A stretch of 64,000 bases of DNA from Phoronis australis (Eukaryota; Animalia; Phoronida), in the NCBI GenBank assembly GCA_002633005.1, contig NMRA01000074.1:1-64000 (forward strand), in the 5' to 3' direction. Of the stretch, positions 1 to 11,707 are shown one piece after another. A program made the position numbers and the translations under genes. The first letter of the stretch is position 1. Each line of letters starts with the position of its first letter. Under the pieces are notes generated by a model. The model had not been told where the DNA came from. It made no database searches and worked only from the letters and a program-made list of their open reading frames with translations.

Positions 1-227
1 ACCTTTAATAAATGACCCTTGACCGAGACCTCCCTCCCAAACATGTCACGAAAACAACTTACTTTACTACGTGACTGCACTTTTATCATCGCACCAGAAG
101 TGCATGTATTATCATCAGTCATTGCCTACCTGCTCCCACTCAATCACGGGGAAAACGTTCGCAGTTACGCATATTTTGTTTTGTATTGTCGACCACTCAA
201 AGCTAAAAGGGAATTGTTTACAGTTAC

Positions 228-346
228 CGTGATCGGGACCGGTTCCATGTACATCAACGATTTCTGTTTTCTGGATGTAGCGAGCGCCGCTGTTGTACGT
301 GAAGCAATTGCCATACGTGGGGTCGAAAAACGATACAAAGTCGTCC
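228..346 (-). CDS. DEG/ENaC/ASIC-family sodium channel, internal exon
   Basis: 119-bp exon between cttttag and gtaac. It encodes (R)DDFVSFFDPTYGNCFTYNSGARYIQKTEIVDVHGTGPDH(G), which carries the DEG/ENaC motifs 'YGNCFTFN' and 'GPxxG'. It joins the 3385-3529 exon in phase 2 (AG|G = Arg). The gene continues beyond the window start. Confidence 0.88.
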
Positions 347-429
347 CTAAAAAGGTGCAGCACATGTATTTCTATGATCAAAGAGAAATTAAATCGTTCA
401 AGTGGACAAATGCAGTTACTAAAAATCCT

Positions 430-560
430 TAAGCCCTCGGGAGTGTGGCGTTCCCAGAAGCAGACAGTGCATATCTATCACTACCGTGTCTATTGAGTGG
501 CGGATTCAATGTCTTGATGACGATGGCTTCCTTGAACCATTTCTTGCCCTATACAAGAAG
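430..560 (-). mobile_element. possible Penelope-like (GIY-YIG) element remnant in the channel-gene intron
   Basis: Minus-strand translation KKWFKEAIVIKTLNPPLNRHGSDRYALS resembles the 'KEAIxIxxxxPxLNR' C-terminus of Penelope GIY-YIG endonucleases. Short and degenerate. Confidence 0.4.
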
Positions 561-3384
561 GAACTCGCGACCATTCCCAAGCAACTTTCTAAGCTCCGAA
601 CGTGTTCTTTTGAGAACGTGTGTAATGCACGCGTCATACGACTGCACTAAACACGTGGATTACACTCACCAGTGGCGGATTTAAGGGGGCAAGGGGGCCA
701 TGAACCACTCTAAAATCCATTTGGCAGTTCGGGAGTGCAAATATCTGATTGTCAAAATCCTGATTAATACGCCTGATTCACTCAGACAAGAAGCGCGAGG
801 CTCACCACGATAGCTCCGCTAAATGGTAAATCGGTATAGTTGTATTCCGCGAAAAAAGGACATTCAACTGTCTTTTTACAATTCCTAGTAAGGACGTTGA
901 AATACGTAGGCGTTGGGTCGTTGCCATACGCCACGACGAAGGAGAATATTTCTGGGCAAATTTGATGAATGTTTGATCACATTTTGTCGCGTTTCGGTTG
1001 CCGAGCATCATAGCAACGACCGGAGAATCTTCGGCCAGCCAGGCTGTGTTTTCGTGACTACGGGTTACATCAAGACGCATTTCGTTCCAATACAGGAGAG
1101 GGCCCTAAATTTCTCGATTTTGGAACCTGGTATAGGGCCTATTCCCCTCTCTCGAAATTCCCGCAAGAGGCCAAAAAATTCTCCTAAAGCGATTGAAAAT
1201 TTCCCCTCGAAATTCAAATCACTTTTAACAACACAGGTAACATGTAACAATTTGAAAGAGCACAAAATACTACTTGAGTCGAAGCCTATGAGAGATTGCA
1301 ACACGACGGGGGTGCATGATGATTGGGAAGTAGAATTTCCCCCTCACTCGGCGAAAAAATTCCCTCTCAGAAGGCACAGGTACCTTTCCCCTCGGATGAA
1401 TGAGGCCCCTGAAGAAACATGATTCATAACTTTGCATGCTCTGTCCAGTTAATTGAAATTAAGCTCGAAAACGAGATGGGTTATTTTTTCATGTAATGCT
1501 TTAGATGAACGAATAATTTTAAAATTCAGCCTGGCCCCGATTAATATTTGAAACCTAACACATGAAATACACAAAGAATTATTAAAACTAAGAAAGCAAA
1601 ATTGATGGTCAAATAATTTTCAGCTTCAATTACCTGCCTGGTACTTATTTTAATAAAAATAGTTTTAATAACATCACTCATTCTTGCAGATCAATGACAA
1701 ACCAACCTCACTACCAGGACCTAGGCTATGCTTGCTGTTAATATTCTTGATCTATAAATTCAACCAGATGTGACTTGCACATGACAACAAAATGCGATGA
1801 GCAAATTGATCTTCATCTCGTCAAAAATACGAGCAGATGACCCGGTTTGTGTAGAAAGCATTTTTATCAACAATTTACAAGAAAAAACGTAACCCCGCAT
1901 TCAGAATACATGTATAGCCTACGTAATCCATAACACGATCGCCGCAATTTGGTCATATTTACTGTCATGTTTGGAACGTACTTTTCAGAATACCCGTTCG
2001 TCAGACAACTCTTTGGTGCATTGAATTGTTCTCAAATGTAATTTTCTACGTTTTTGTGGTTAGTTGTTGACACATTTTCAAGATTTAATATGAAGGTTAA
2101 TGGACTCGAAAGACCAGTCATTTAACTCACACATTGTCAACATCCGCTTTGTTTATCGCATTGAGCCTCGCTTTGGATTTTATTGGCTGCCCCGTGAATT
2201 AGAAGTATACTCTCCCCTGGCCCCTCATAACTCAAAATCCTGGATCCCCTTGCTCGCTCTGATGAGTGCACACATTGTAGCTTCGTTCCTTCGCCGCCAG
2301 CCGAGATCGAGTAAAAATACACTTGCTTGAGCGAGTGTGAAGAAATCTGCCATTACTGTGCCCTGTATAAAAGAGTGCAATATAAGCGTTCTCATTCATC
2401 AAAACTGAGCGGTCACACTTCGGATTCACAAGAGTTGTATAAACTGACTGTTGCAGCACCCCCAAAACACGTGCATGAACTCGTAAGACTTGTGCTCGAA
2501 TCCACCTGGCGACGAAGGAACAAATGTCTGCACTCGTATGAACGAGGGCATTTCACTCGTATTACGAGTGCATTACAAACGTTCTCAAAAGAAACATCCG
2601 CGCACCATAGAAACACATTTCTCTGCGCGCTTCCGTTGCTAGTGTAATGGTTTCTGTTGGGGAAAAGCTTTTGTCGGTGGCGCATAGAGTTCGATGACGG
2701 CAGTGTTGAAATTTAAGATTGGGGACAAGTACTGGTTCGAAGGAGTCACGGAGGTGACAGGCTTGCTTTGTCTACTGCTTGGAACGCTACGCGAGATCAC
2801 AGTGGCAACTCGCCTGTCCCTTCATTCCAACCATTCTCGCCACCTTTCCTCATAAAAGGAGCGCCAAGGACTTTTAAAAGGTTGTTTAGTAAGTGCCACA
2901 GTGCAGTTGAACACTACTAATACGATGTATTTCTATACAGTAACTATAAATATCATGTTCAGGTACACACATAACTGCACTTGATAAATATTATATTCCC
3001 CAATAATTGTCAATTGAAATATTTGATATTAAATCAATCACTTTTATTGCATTCCTCTGACGTGCATAGCTATTCTCGCAAAGCTTGTTACCAGCATGGC
3101 TTGCTGGTCGCCCGACGGTCTGATTCTCGAGAACAGAGTGCAAAAACTCCGGGATAGCCTACTGTCGACACAATTTTCGAACCCGCCACCACTGTCTTCA
3201 AAGTTATTGCCATCTACCCTCCCCTTGGTTATTACCATTTTCGTTGCATCTAGTTTAACAACGTTGGTATCTTGCGTGAAAGACGGGGTCATCAATTTTT
3301 GTGGGGCCCTAAGCTATATGTTAGTTAGCTTGATGGGAGACACTGAATCGGTAAAACGTGGTGCAATAAATCTGCAATAGCTAC

Positions 3385-3529
3385 CTAAGAAGACAGACGT
3401 ATTGTTTGTATGAACAGTCGACGACAAAGTCCTCAATTTGGTGTCCTGCTTCGCGTTTGTCGTCTTTGTTGATATTCGCCATTGCTCCTCTTAAGCGATT
3501 TACGTAGTCAGCATGGATTTCCCTTCTAC
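3385..3529 (-). CDS. DEG/ENaC/ASIC-family sodium channel, preceding internal exon
   Basis: 145-bp exon (cttccag ... ag|gtagct) encoding RREIHADYVNRLRGAMANINKDDKREAGHQIEDFVVDCSYKQYVCLL(R). This matches the 'GHxxEDxxxxCxF/YxxxxC' motif that precedes YGNC in DEG/ENaC ectodomains. In frame with exon 228-346. Confidence 0.85.
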
Positions 3530-3597
3530 CTGGAAGATTTTTAACTTTACAGTCTCCACATCATCCATATACATGAGTGTGTTTGTGAGCGTGGGTG

Positions 3598-3601
<4 letters not shown>

Positions 3602-3636
<35 letters not shown>
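3602..3636. repeat. (GT)n microsatellite next to the assembly gap
   Basis: About 16 GT units ending just before the N-run. Confidence 0.95.
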
Positions 3637-3640
3637 ACAG

Positions 3641-4630
3641 NNNNNNNNNNNNNNNNNNNNNNNNNNNNNNNNNNNNNNNNNNNNNNNNNNNNNNNNNNNN
3701 NNNNNNNNNNNNNNNNNNNNNNNNNNNNNNNNNNNNNNNNNNNNNNNNNNNNNNNNNNNNNNNNNNNNNNNNNNNNNNNNNNNNNNNNNNNNNNNNNNNN
3801 NNNNNNNNNNNNNNNNNNNNNNNNNNNNNNNNNNNNNNNNNNNNNNNNNNNNNNNNNNNNNNNNNNNNNNNNNNNNNNNNNNNNNNNNNNNNNNNNNNNN
3901 NNNNNNNNNNNNNNNNNNNNNNNNNNNNNNNNNNNNNNNNNNNNNNNNNNNNNNNNNNNNNNNNNNNNNNNNNNNNNNNNNNNNNNNNNNNNNNNNNNNN
4001 NNNNNNNNNNNNNNNNNNNNNNNNNNNNNNNNNNNNNNNNNNNNNNNNNNNNNNNNNNNNNNNNNNNNNNNNNNNNNNNNNNNNNNNNNNNNNNNNNNNN
4101 NNNNNNNNNNNNNNNNNNNNNNNNNNNNNNNNNNNNNNNNNNNNNNNNNNNNNNNNNNNNNNNNNNNNNNNNNNNNNNNNNNNNNNNNNNNNNNNNNNNN
4201 NNNNNNNNNNNNNNNNNNNNNNNNNNNNNNNNNNNNNNNNNNNNNNNNNNNNNNNNNNNNNNNNNNNNNNNNNNNNNNNNNNNNNNNNNNNNNNNNNNNN
4301 NNNNNNNNNNNNNNNNNNNNNNNNNNNNNNNNNNNNNNNNNNNNNNNNNNNNNNNNNNNNNNNNNNNNNNNNNNNNNNNNNNNNNNNNNNNNNNNNNNNN
4401 NNNNNNNNNNNNNNNNNNNNNNNNNNNNNNNNNNNNNNNNNNNNNNNNNNNNNNNNNNNNNNNNNNNNNNNNNNNNNNNNNNNNNNNNNNNNNNNNNNNN
4501 NNNNNNNNNNNNNNNNNNNNNNNNNNNNNNNNNNNNNNNNNNNNNNNNNNNNNNNNNNNNNNNNNNNNNNNNNNNNNNNNNNNNNNNNNNNNNNNNNNNN
4601 NNNNNNNNNNNNNNNNNNNNNNNNNNNNNN
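3641..4630. other. assembly gap (990 N)
   Basis: Run of N. ORFs spanning it are artefacts. Confidence 1.
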
Positions 4631-6769
4631 CTACTGAGTGCCACCCAATACAACTGTGTTGAAACAAACCAGCTTCCGGTGGAGAAATGTAAAGTGTACA
4701 CGTGTAAACAAGCCGCAACAGCACTGGTGTATGAAAGCAGCTGTCACCCAAAATCTCGCTAACACGGTCGAATGAAATTGCTGAGGCTCCACAGAGGGTG
4801 ACTAAAACCTTCAGTCAGAAGTTTCTTCTTAAGTTTTATTTCACAATTACTGAATAAAGATTTATCCATTTACCCATGTAATTATTAGAACATTACAACC
4901 AGAAATAACTTATGCAAATTATCTCAGTGACTAGTAAAAGTTGATGTTTTCTCCTAGAATTTGTATCTAGCTAAATGTAATATGGGACTTGATTATTCTT
5001 TGTGACTGTGCAGCGCAAAACCAAATTTCTGACGTGGCTCCAGGTTGCCGAGAAGCAACTCATAGAACTCCCCACTAAGTTCCGTCAAGACTTGTTGAAG
5101 ACAACTGACATACTCGGCAACAGACCAATTAACCTACTAAACAGAGATGACGGTACAAAAGACGATAACTCGTGCAAAGTTGCGCTGATACATGTAATAC
5201 TACTTACAGCTCATTTTCCAGACATTTAAACGAATGAAGTATTTATAACTATTTGACAGTGCAGTGAGTTTGCAACCAGGCACAATACAATGAAAACGCT
5301 GCTTCACAAAGTTCCATCGACTTCTCATTCATTGCCTGGAATTTTACGGCAACAGTAAATAGTTTGATATTGATTTCTCTTTAAATGAAACTGATATATA
5401 CATGTATATACGTACCAGGCTCCGGGTACTAATATTTAGATTCAAATTCTAGCTCCAATTCATTAATGGTATTTCTGTTTTACTATAGAGCGAACTCAAG
5501 AAAGGTTCTGTGGGTGTGGGCTCAAGGATATTTTAGTTTACGCTGATGATTTTCAAGTATGTTTATTGATATGTGTTGCTTTCCTTTTAGGGAAATTACG
5601 GTTTACCGAAGTTCCATCGTGCCTCCCCTTCCTTCCCAATAAACTCCTCTCTGTTAAGCGATTTTCAGCCCAAAAACTACCACTTCCATGTCAATGCTCG
5701 ACATGAGTCGACACTTGGTTCCGAAAGCTAATTTTCAACGGATTTCACAAATGTGGTCCAAAGGAGCTGCCATTCGATCACATTTTAGCAGTTCGGAAAT
5801 GTTTGAGAAACACCTGAAATCTCACAAGATTCCTCAGTCGCTGCACTGGGATGCAAATCTGCTAGAGATTGGGCAATCGCCATTTTGAATAAAAAGAAAT
5901 CCACAGCCTCCCTACATGTAATGGACTTTTATGATTCATCAACATGTTTACGAGCTCAAATAATCCAGAGTCGTTGAGCTAGAGACGAAACACCACCGAA
6001 TGTGTAAATCAGTCTAAGAGAGTCTATGAAAATAGCGGAGGGTTTCAGAATAATGCACCGTTTTCCGTCCTTTGCAGCACCTTCCAGAGACCAGAATAGT
6101 GCCAGAAATGTAAGGAACTTGTGGTGTGGACGTCCAAGTTAGCCTTGCGATGCACATCAATAAGGGGGCCATTGACGTTTCCAACGAACAAAAGGTCACC
6201 CTTACTTGCGAAACAGCACCTTCTGCTGTTGTAGTGCAGCACTGAATGGACTGATTGCAATACACTGCACATGGCCGGATTTCAACAGGCTAAATCTCAA
6301 GTTTTTCTCAAAGCCTCTGCGACAGGTGAAACGCCGATAACTTCGTGAAAGTCTTCAGCACAAGTCTTTACGCAGGCGTTTTAATGTGTTTAAAAGATAT
6401 GTAAGTTATGCAACAGTTTGCCTTCGTAAACTTCGCCATACTGTTTCACTTTATTTTCTTCCACAGACGAAAAAATGTTGCCTATATTGTGAAGTTTGGT
6501 TTCCCGGAAATTACCCAGTTAAAATAGTTGCGCGTCGTGTGTTTACAAATGAACTAGTGAGAGGCTGTACTGGACTTGCTTGATGGTGATAATGCCCCTG
6601 ACTAAACTAAGAACATTCATGCGTCGTTTTAATATGCAGAAAAATGACATTTTGTCAGACAGTATCTCTAAGTACGAACTTGGTCAAAACAGGTTTCTTT
6701 ACCTTAACAGTGGAATTAAGGTCATGTAGCACCATAAAAAATTGGCCGATTTCGGAACATCGTACACGT

Positions 6770-8870
6770 AGCTTTTGTAGGAATCATGTCATCACTACCA
6801 GTTTTACTTCCAATCCAAATGGCTTTTGTTTTATCCACATTCACTTGGAGACCGGAGACACTAGCAAACAAATGTAGTACATTCAGTGTGGTAGTCAATG
6901 ACAAATTCGACCCATCCAACGTAATTGATGTGTCGTCCGCATATTGTGAAATCAAATATTCCAAATTTCCTGCAACTACACCAACAATATTTTTATTATT
7001 CCTAATTAAATAAGCCAAAATCTCAGCGCACAATATCAGAATGTAGGGAGACAAAAGGGTCACCTTGTCTGCAGCCACGCGAAATATTGAACCAGTAAGA
7101 TGGGTGACCTTTTACGACAGCACAGGACTTAATATCACTGTAAAAGACTTTCACCCAGCTTCTGATAGACCAACCAAAATTAAGGAAAGATAAAGTTTTT
7201 TGAATAAAATTCCACGACAATGAATCAAATACCTTCTCAAAATCAATTAGTAAAAGCAATCCAGGTTTGTTAGCTGCCTGGGCAAGAAACATTAAACCAT
7301 ATAGCACGCGAATACTTTCGTTTATATTTCTTCCAGAAACGAAACCTGTCTGGTCCTTACTGATTAGTTTTCCCAAAACGGGTTTCAACCGTTCAGCCAC
7401 AGCCGAAGAAGCCAGTTTATATGTCACATTGAGTAAGGATATGGGTCTCCAGTTTTTTAAATAATGTTTACTTTTATCTGCTCCCTTAGGGATGCAGGTA
7501 ATTACCCCCTCTTTCTTTGTTGATGATGACTGGCCATCTGCAAAACCAGTATTAAGTGAGCGAACAACGAAATTTCCAATGTCAGCCCCAAAAATTTTTT
7601 GAAAATTCCACTGAAAAACCGTCAGAGCCTGGGCTCTTGTTGTTTTTCATTATTTTCAAGCATTGTGTGACTTCTTCATATGTAAGAAGACCTTCTAATT
7701 TTTCTTTTTATGACTCATTCAGTTTGGAGACACAAACCTTATCAAGAAGAGTCTCTAAAGCAGTTGTTAGAATGATTATATATGTATAGATTTTCATAAA
7801 ATGTTTTGGTTTCCTGAATAACCTCTTCTTCACTAATGGTTTTAGAATTGTCAGATTTCCACAAAAAGGCATAAACTTACTTGTGTAATGCCTATTTTCC
7901 AAGTTAAGAAAATATTTGGAAGGTTTTTCACCCTCTTCAATCCATCTTGCTCTCGACCTAATCATAAGACCCCTTAACTTATTTTGCCTTAGCTCGGCAA
8001 GTCGATTTTTTCAGTAGTTCCCTATCAAGGCCTAGACTTTTTTCCAACAAACTTATTTCTTCGATAAGTTGCTGTTCAGCTCTATCACTTTTTCTTTTTA
8101 AGTAAATAGCAAAGGAAATTGTTTTGCCGCGAATCTCCATTAACAACGTTTCAACAAAAAGTTAATCATTTATAGACAATTGTAAATCTGAATTATTTAT
8201 ACTATCAACTGTCTGAATATTGTCCGTCATATACTGTTGTTTAACTAATTTGACTGCAGCAATATACTCAGACTTTTTTAGGAGAGAGCTATTAAACTTC
8301 CTAAATGATTTCCTCTTCCTGGAACCATCACCTTTAAAAAAAATCGTTACCATTGATTGATCGGACCGGTAACCGAATTCTATTATGAAGTCTGCAATAT
8401 CGGCTAAAATGTTTTCAGAAATTAGAAAAAAATCAAAAACCGGACGATCGCCGCACAAATAAAAAATTCATGTTCAATTCAACGTTTCGTCTTTCCATTA
8501 GATATCATCAGGATCATATTTACAACAATTTATGACAACAAGTGCTAACATACAGCTCAGGTAACATCCATAGAGTGAAGTGAGAGATACATAGAATATG
8601 GTCAGTGGCTGGTCATCACCATAGCTGCAGCTACGGTTTTTGATCGTATTGTGGCCAAAAACTGATTTAATTAGAAAAAAATCCAGTGTGGATCGTTTAC
8701 TTCAAGCTCCCCAAGTGTATTCTTTACTATTGGGGTTTAGTTCCCGCCACACATCAGCAGTAGACAATTGTGTACAAATCTCCATCAACTTAATCTGTGA
8801 CTTTGGGCTATTAACCTGTCGATAATTACGCGTGTCGAGAGCAAGATTAAAATCGAAGGCCCAAATAACA
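6770..8870 (-). mobile_element. degenerate L1/Tx1-type non-LTR retrotransposon ORF2 (AP endonuclease + RT), frameshifted and truncated
   Basis: Endonuclease fragments (FDFNL..DVWRELNP..KEYTW..LDFFLI; DFFLISE..GYRSDQSMV), linker (RSRARWIEEGEKPSKYFLNLE), and RT motifs (QTGFVSGRNI, IDFEKVFDSLSW, SRGCRQGDP/LSP, SQYADDT, SGLQVNVDKT) spread over several frames. The C-terminus is missing. Confidence 0.93.
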
Positions 8871-10872
8871 GAGTAATTTCCTATGTTTGAATGTCTTGTT
8901 TCATTCTTTCAGTCCCTGTTATTGGATGTTGTCTGAAAAAAAACTAATTTGATTTTAGACAAAAATCTACATTTACATTTATGTTTTATTGATCAAAGAC
9001 GACCCTGCAGTTTTAAATTCGATATTGTCAATATTGAGTCAAGTAAAAGTTTACGCTTAATTTGTTAGTGTAGTAGTCTGCAAATCTTACCTCTACAGAC
9101 ATATTTTATTAGTAACTGTGATAATATAGACGAAGACAAGATATTTTTGGAGCAATTGACTATAAATCATTTTTCCAGACCACTTGCCGCCACAGAATTG
9201 GTCTCAAATTTGTCCATACTCAGACGAGAAATCGTTTTAGTCTTGCAAAGAACTGAGAGTTCGTTATTCCTCGAAATCATTCTCGTCGAATAACGTGTCA
9301 CGCCGTGACAACTTGAATTGAAGAGCTTTGCCTCAAGCAAGAAAGAACAGGCAACTCTTCTTTCATGTAAGACTTGAAACCACACTTATTTTGAGGGCGG
9401 AACAGTTTGAGACGAATTTTGTTACTGCAAAAGGTCTAAATCTCATTTTCCAATACATAATGTTGGCTTGTGGCAACTCGAGATCTAGCTTTCACTGCCG
9501 TGTCTAAAATTGTCCCAAACTGACTTTGAGTATTTTATGTATTGACAGTAAGACAAAAGCTTGATTCCTTAAAACCTACCCGAGTCTCAGGAAAGCCTTC
9601 CCAGTCGATGTATAGGCACACATGGGTGCTCTCAAAAACGTCCAGTTGAAGTTGAACTTCCAGCTTAAGTTTAATTTTAGGAGTGACAAACCACTTTTCA
9701 AGCGTTTTTAGGTGTTGGTGTTCTCCGTGGCATTGATTTTATGATCAGGACAATTCAAAGCCAGTTTTGGGGGGAAAGTTGTTTTATATGCAGCTTGACA
9801 GAAAGAAATGCAACTTGGTAAAGTCTTACGTTGGGCCGTGTTGCGATATCATGTGTACGTGTTGAAAGAGATAAATGTCACTTACCTTTAAGTCACCCAC
9901 CAGATCATACAGTTGTTCGGCTATCAAAGGGTTGTCTTATTTAGCCCAGTTAGCTAGCCAATTGCGCTCATGATGGAATACAAAAGGGCTCCACGGGGAG
10001 ACTTTTAGGGAACAGAACCGATCGATAGTACTTTAATTCCGTTGACATCTGATAATGTCATTAATTTTCAGATGTTGTTCATTCCCCACGACAAACTGAT
10101 TCTCCTTCAATAAATATCACACAAAAGTTTTATTAAGGTTATGTTTCTACCAATCGTCATGGTGACAGACTACATGTATATGTAACCAATATGGTAAACG
10201 ACTCATCACTGAACTTATGTTAGTCTGCTGAAATCATTGTTTTTTTTTAATCTATTGACTTATCTAAGTTCCGTTTTGTTTCAATTCGCTGAGTACAGTA
10301 ATCCATATAATTAACAACAATTATGTTTTTGTTGACAATTGCTAATCTGCATTGCGGGATTTATTCTCGCCATACGTTGTGCTATTTATTTTTTGACAAA
10401 ATCAATACAAATCCATTAGCGACAATTACAGAAATTTTCAATTGCATTATGGAGATCAGTACTTAACGTAACATATGCAGCAATTTCAAATAATGTTGAC
10501 GAAATGATCCCCTTTACCTTGAAAACTTTGGACTAATTGCTACTATAATCAGATCTTGGCATTGAGATTAATGCCATATAACTTTCTCAAAACTTGATGC
10601 ATACAACTAGTGGTTGTAAATGTTTCAGCCTAAAATTTCCTATTCGAAGAACGGTGTCGATCAACATCGCGAACCAATAATATTTTTTTGTTACTTTAGA
10701 GCATCACGCGGTTACGGTATACACGCATATGCACGCATTTAATCCAATGTGATTTTAACGTTTTCTCATAGCGTTTTAGGTGTAGGTGCAAACGATGTGT
10801 CTAGGCTTAACGCAATAGGGGAAACATGTCATTTCTTGTATATGGTTAGCTGGGTGTTTAAGTACTACTGCA

Positions 10873-11012
10873 AGGGCGGCGCACGATAGGGGGCTGGGGG
10901 GCGATAGTCGCCCACTTTTTTCCGTGCTACGCTGCACATGGTCAATAGGAGATGCACTACAGGGGTCTGAGGGGGCTTTAGCCCCCACATTTTTCAGTGC
11001 TGCGCCGCCCAT
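10873..11012. mobile_element. short MITE-like family A (CATGGGCGGCGCA...TGCGCCGCCCATG), compound copy
   Basis: GC-rich inverted termini and a 'gggggctttagccccc' core. Related copies lie at 12141-12210, 13423-13485 and 45171-45250. Confidence 0.7.
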
Positions 11013-11707
11013 GCATTGTGTTTAAGTACTAGGTTTTAAAAGAAAAATTCATTCAGAACCATATTTGAAAACCCTGAATTTGGTAACAGGTTCAAGACTT
11101 CGCAGTGAACTCTTGGTTTTGGTCTTTATTACGGCGATTTAGTAGCCAAGTACACTATGTTCCTTCGAAGCGTCCTCGTGTGCCTAGATTGTATGGCGCT
11201 GTCAATGGCAACTTCCTGAGTATCATAGATTCAATTGCAAGAATCTTTCGGAGGCAGTTTTTTGTGATCACGTGCTTTGCTTTTACTACATAGCGATGTT
11301 TCGCAGTCTTGTGTGGTCTTGTGTTTTTGCGTTTAGCTGAAGTACCCTGTTGCGCATGCTTCGTTTATGGGCTCAGTATAGTTCACGCCTAAGGCGAAAC
11401 TCGGTCTCGGTCGATATGCGGAATAATGCCTCGTGGGATATTACTTCACGTAGGCCACTCTCGGTACGTTTTGTGATTTTATACCCAAAAGCGTTTCGGT
11501 TAAGAATTCAACATATGCAGCTGAAGAGCTGCGAAATGTCCGTTTAAGGACTAATAGGTAACTGAAAAAGTCCAACGATTCATCATTGCATTGATTTAAT
11601 TAATTAAATTATTCCAATTACAATTCTCTTTGAATATTTTTCTGGAGTTTCAGTACTTTCGTTAATGCAATTATTCGCAACGTGACCACCGGTCTGGCAC
11701 CGAATAA

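Noticed and set aside
913-1422. 169-aa ORF
   Set aside because: No recognisable motif. It overlaps a repeat-like segment (about 1100-1410) in the channel-gene intron.
3513-4762. Long ORFs of 355-396 aa
   Set aside because: Artefacts of reading through the N gap and the GT microsatellite.
11515-11560. Hammerhead-like CTGAAGA..GAAA core
   Set aside because: Stem III does not pair correctly next to the NUH site and there is no stem I complement.
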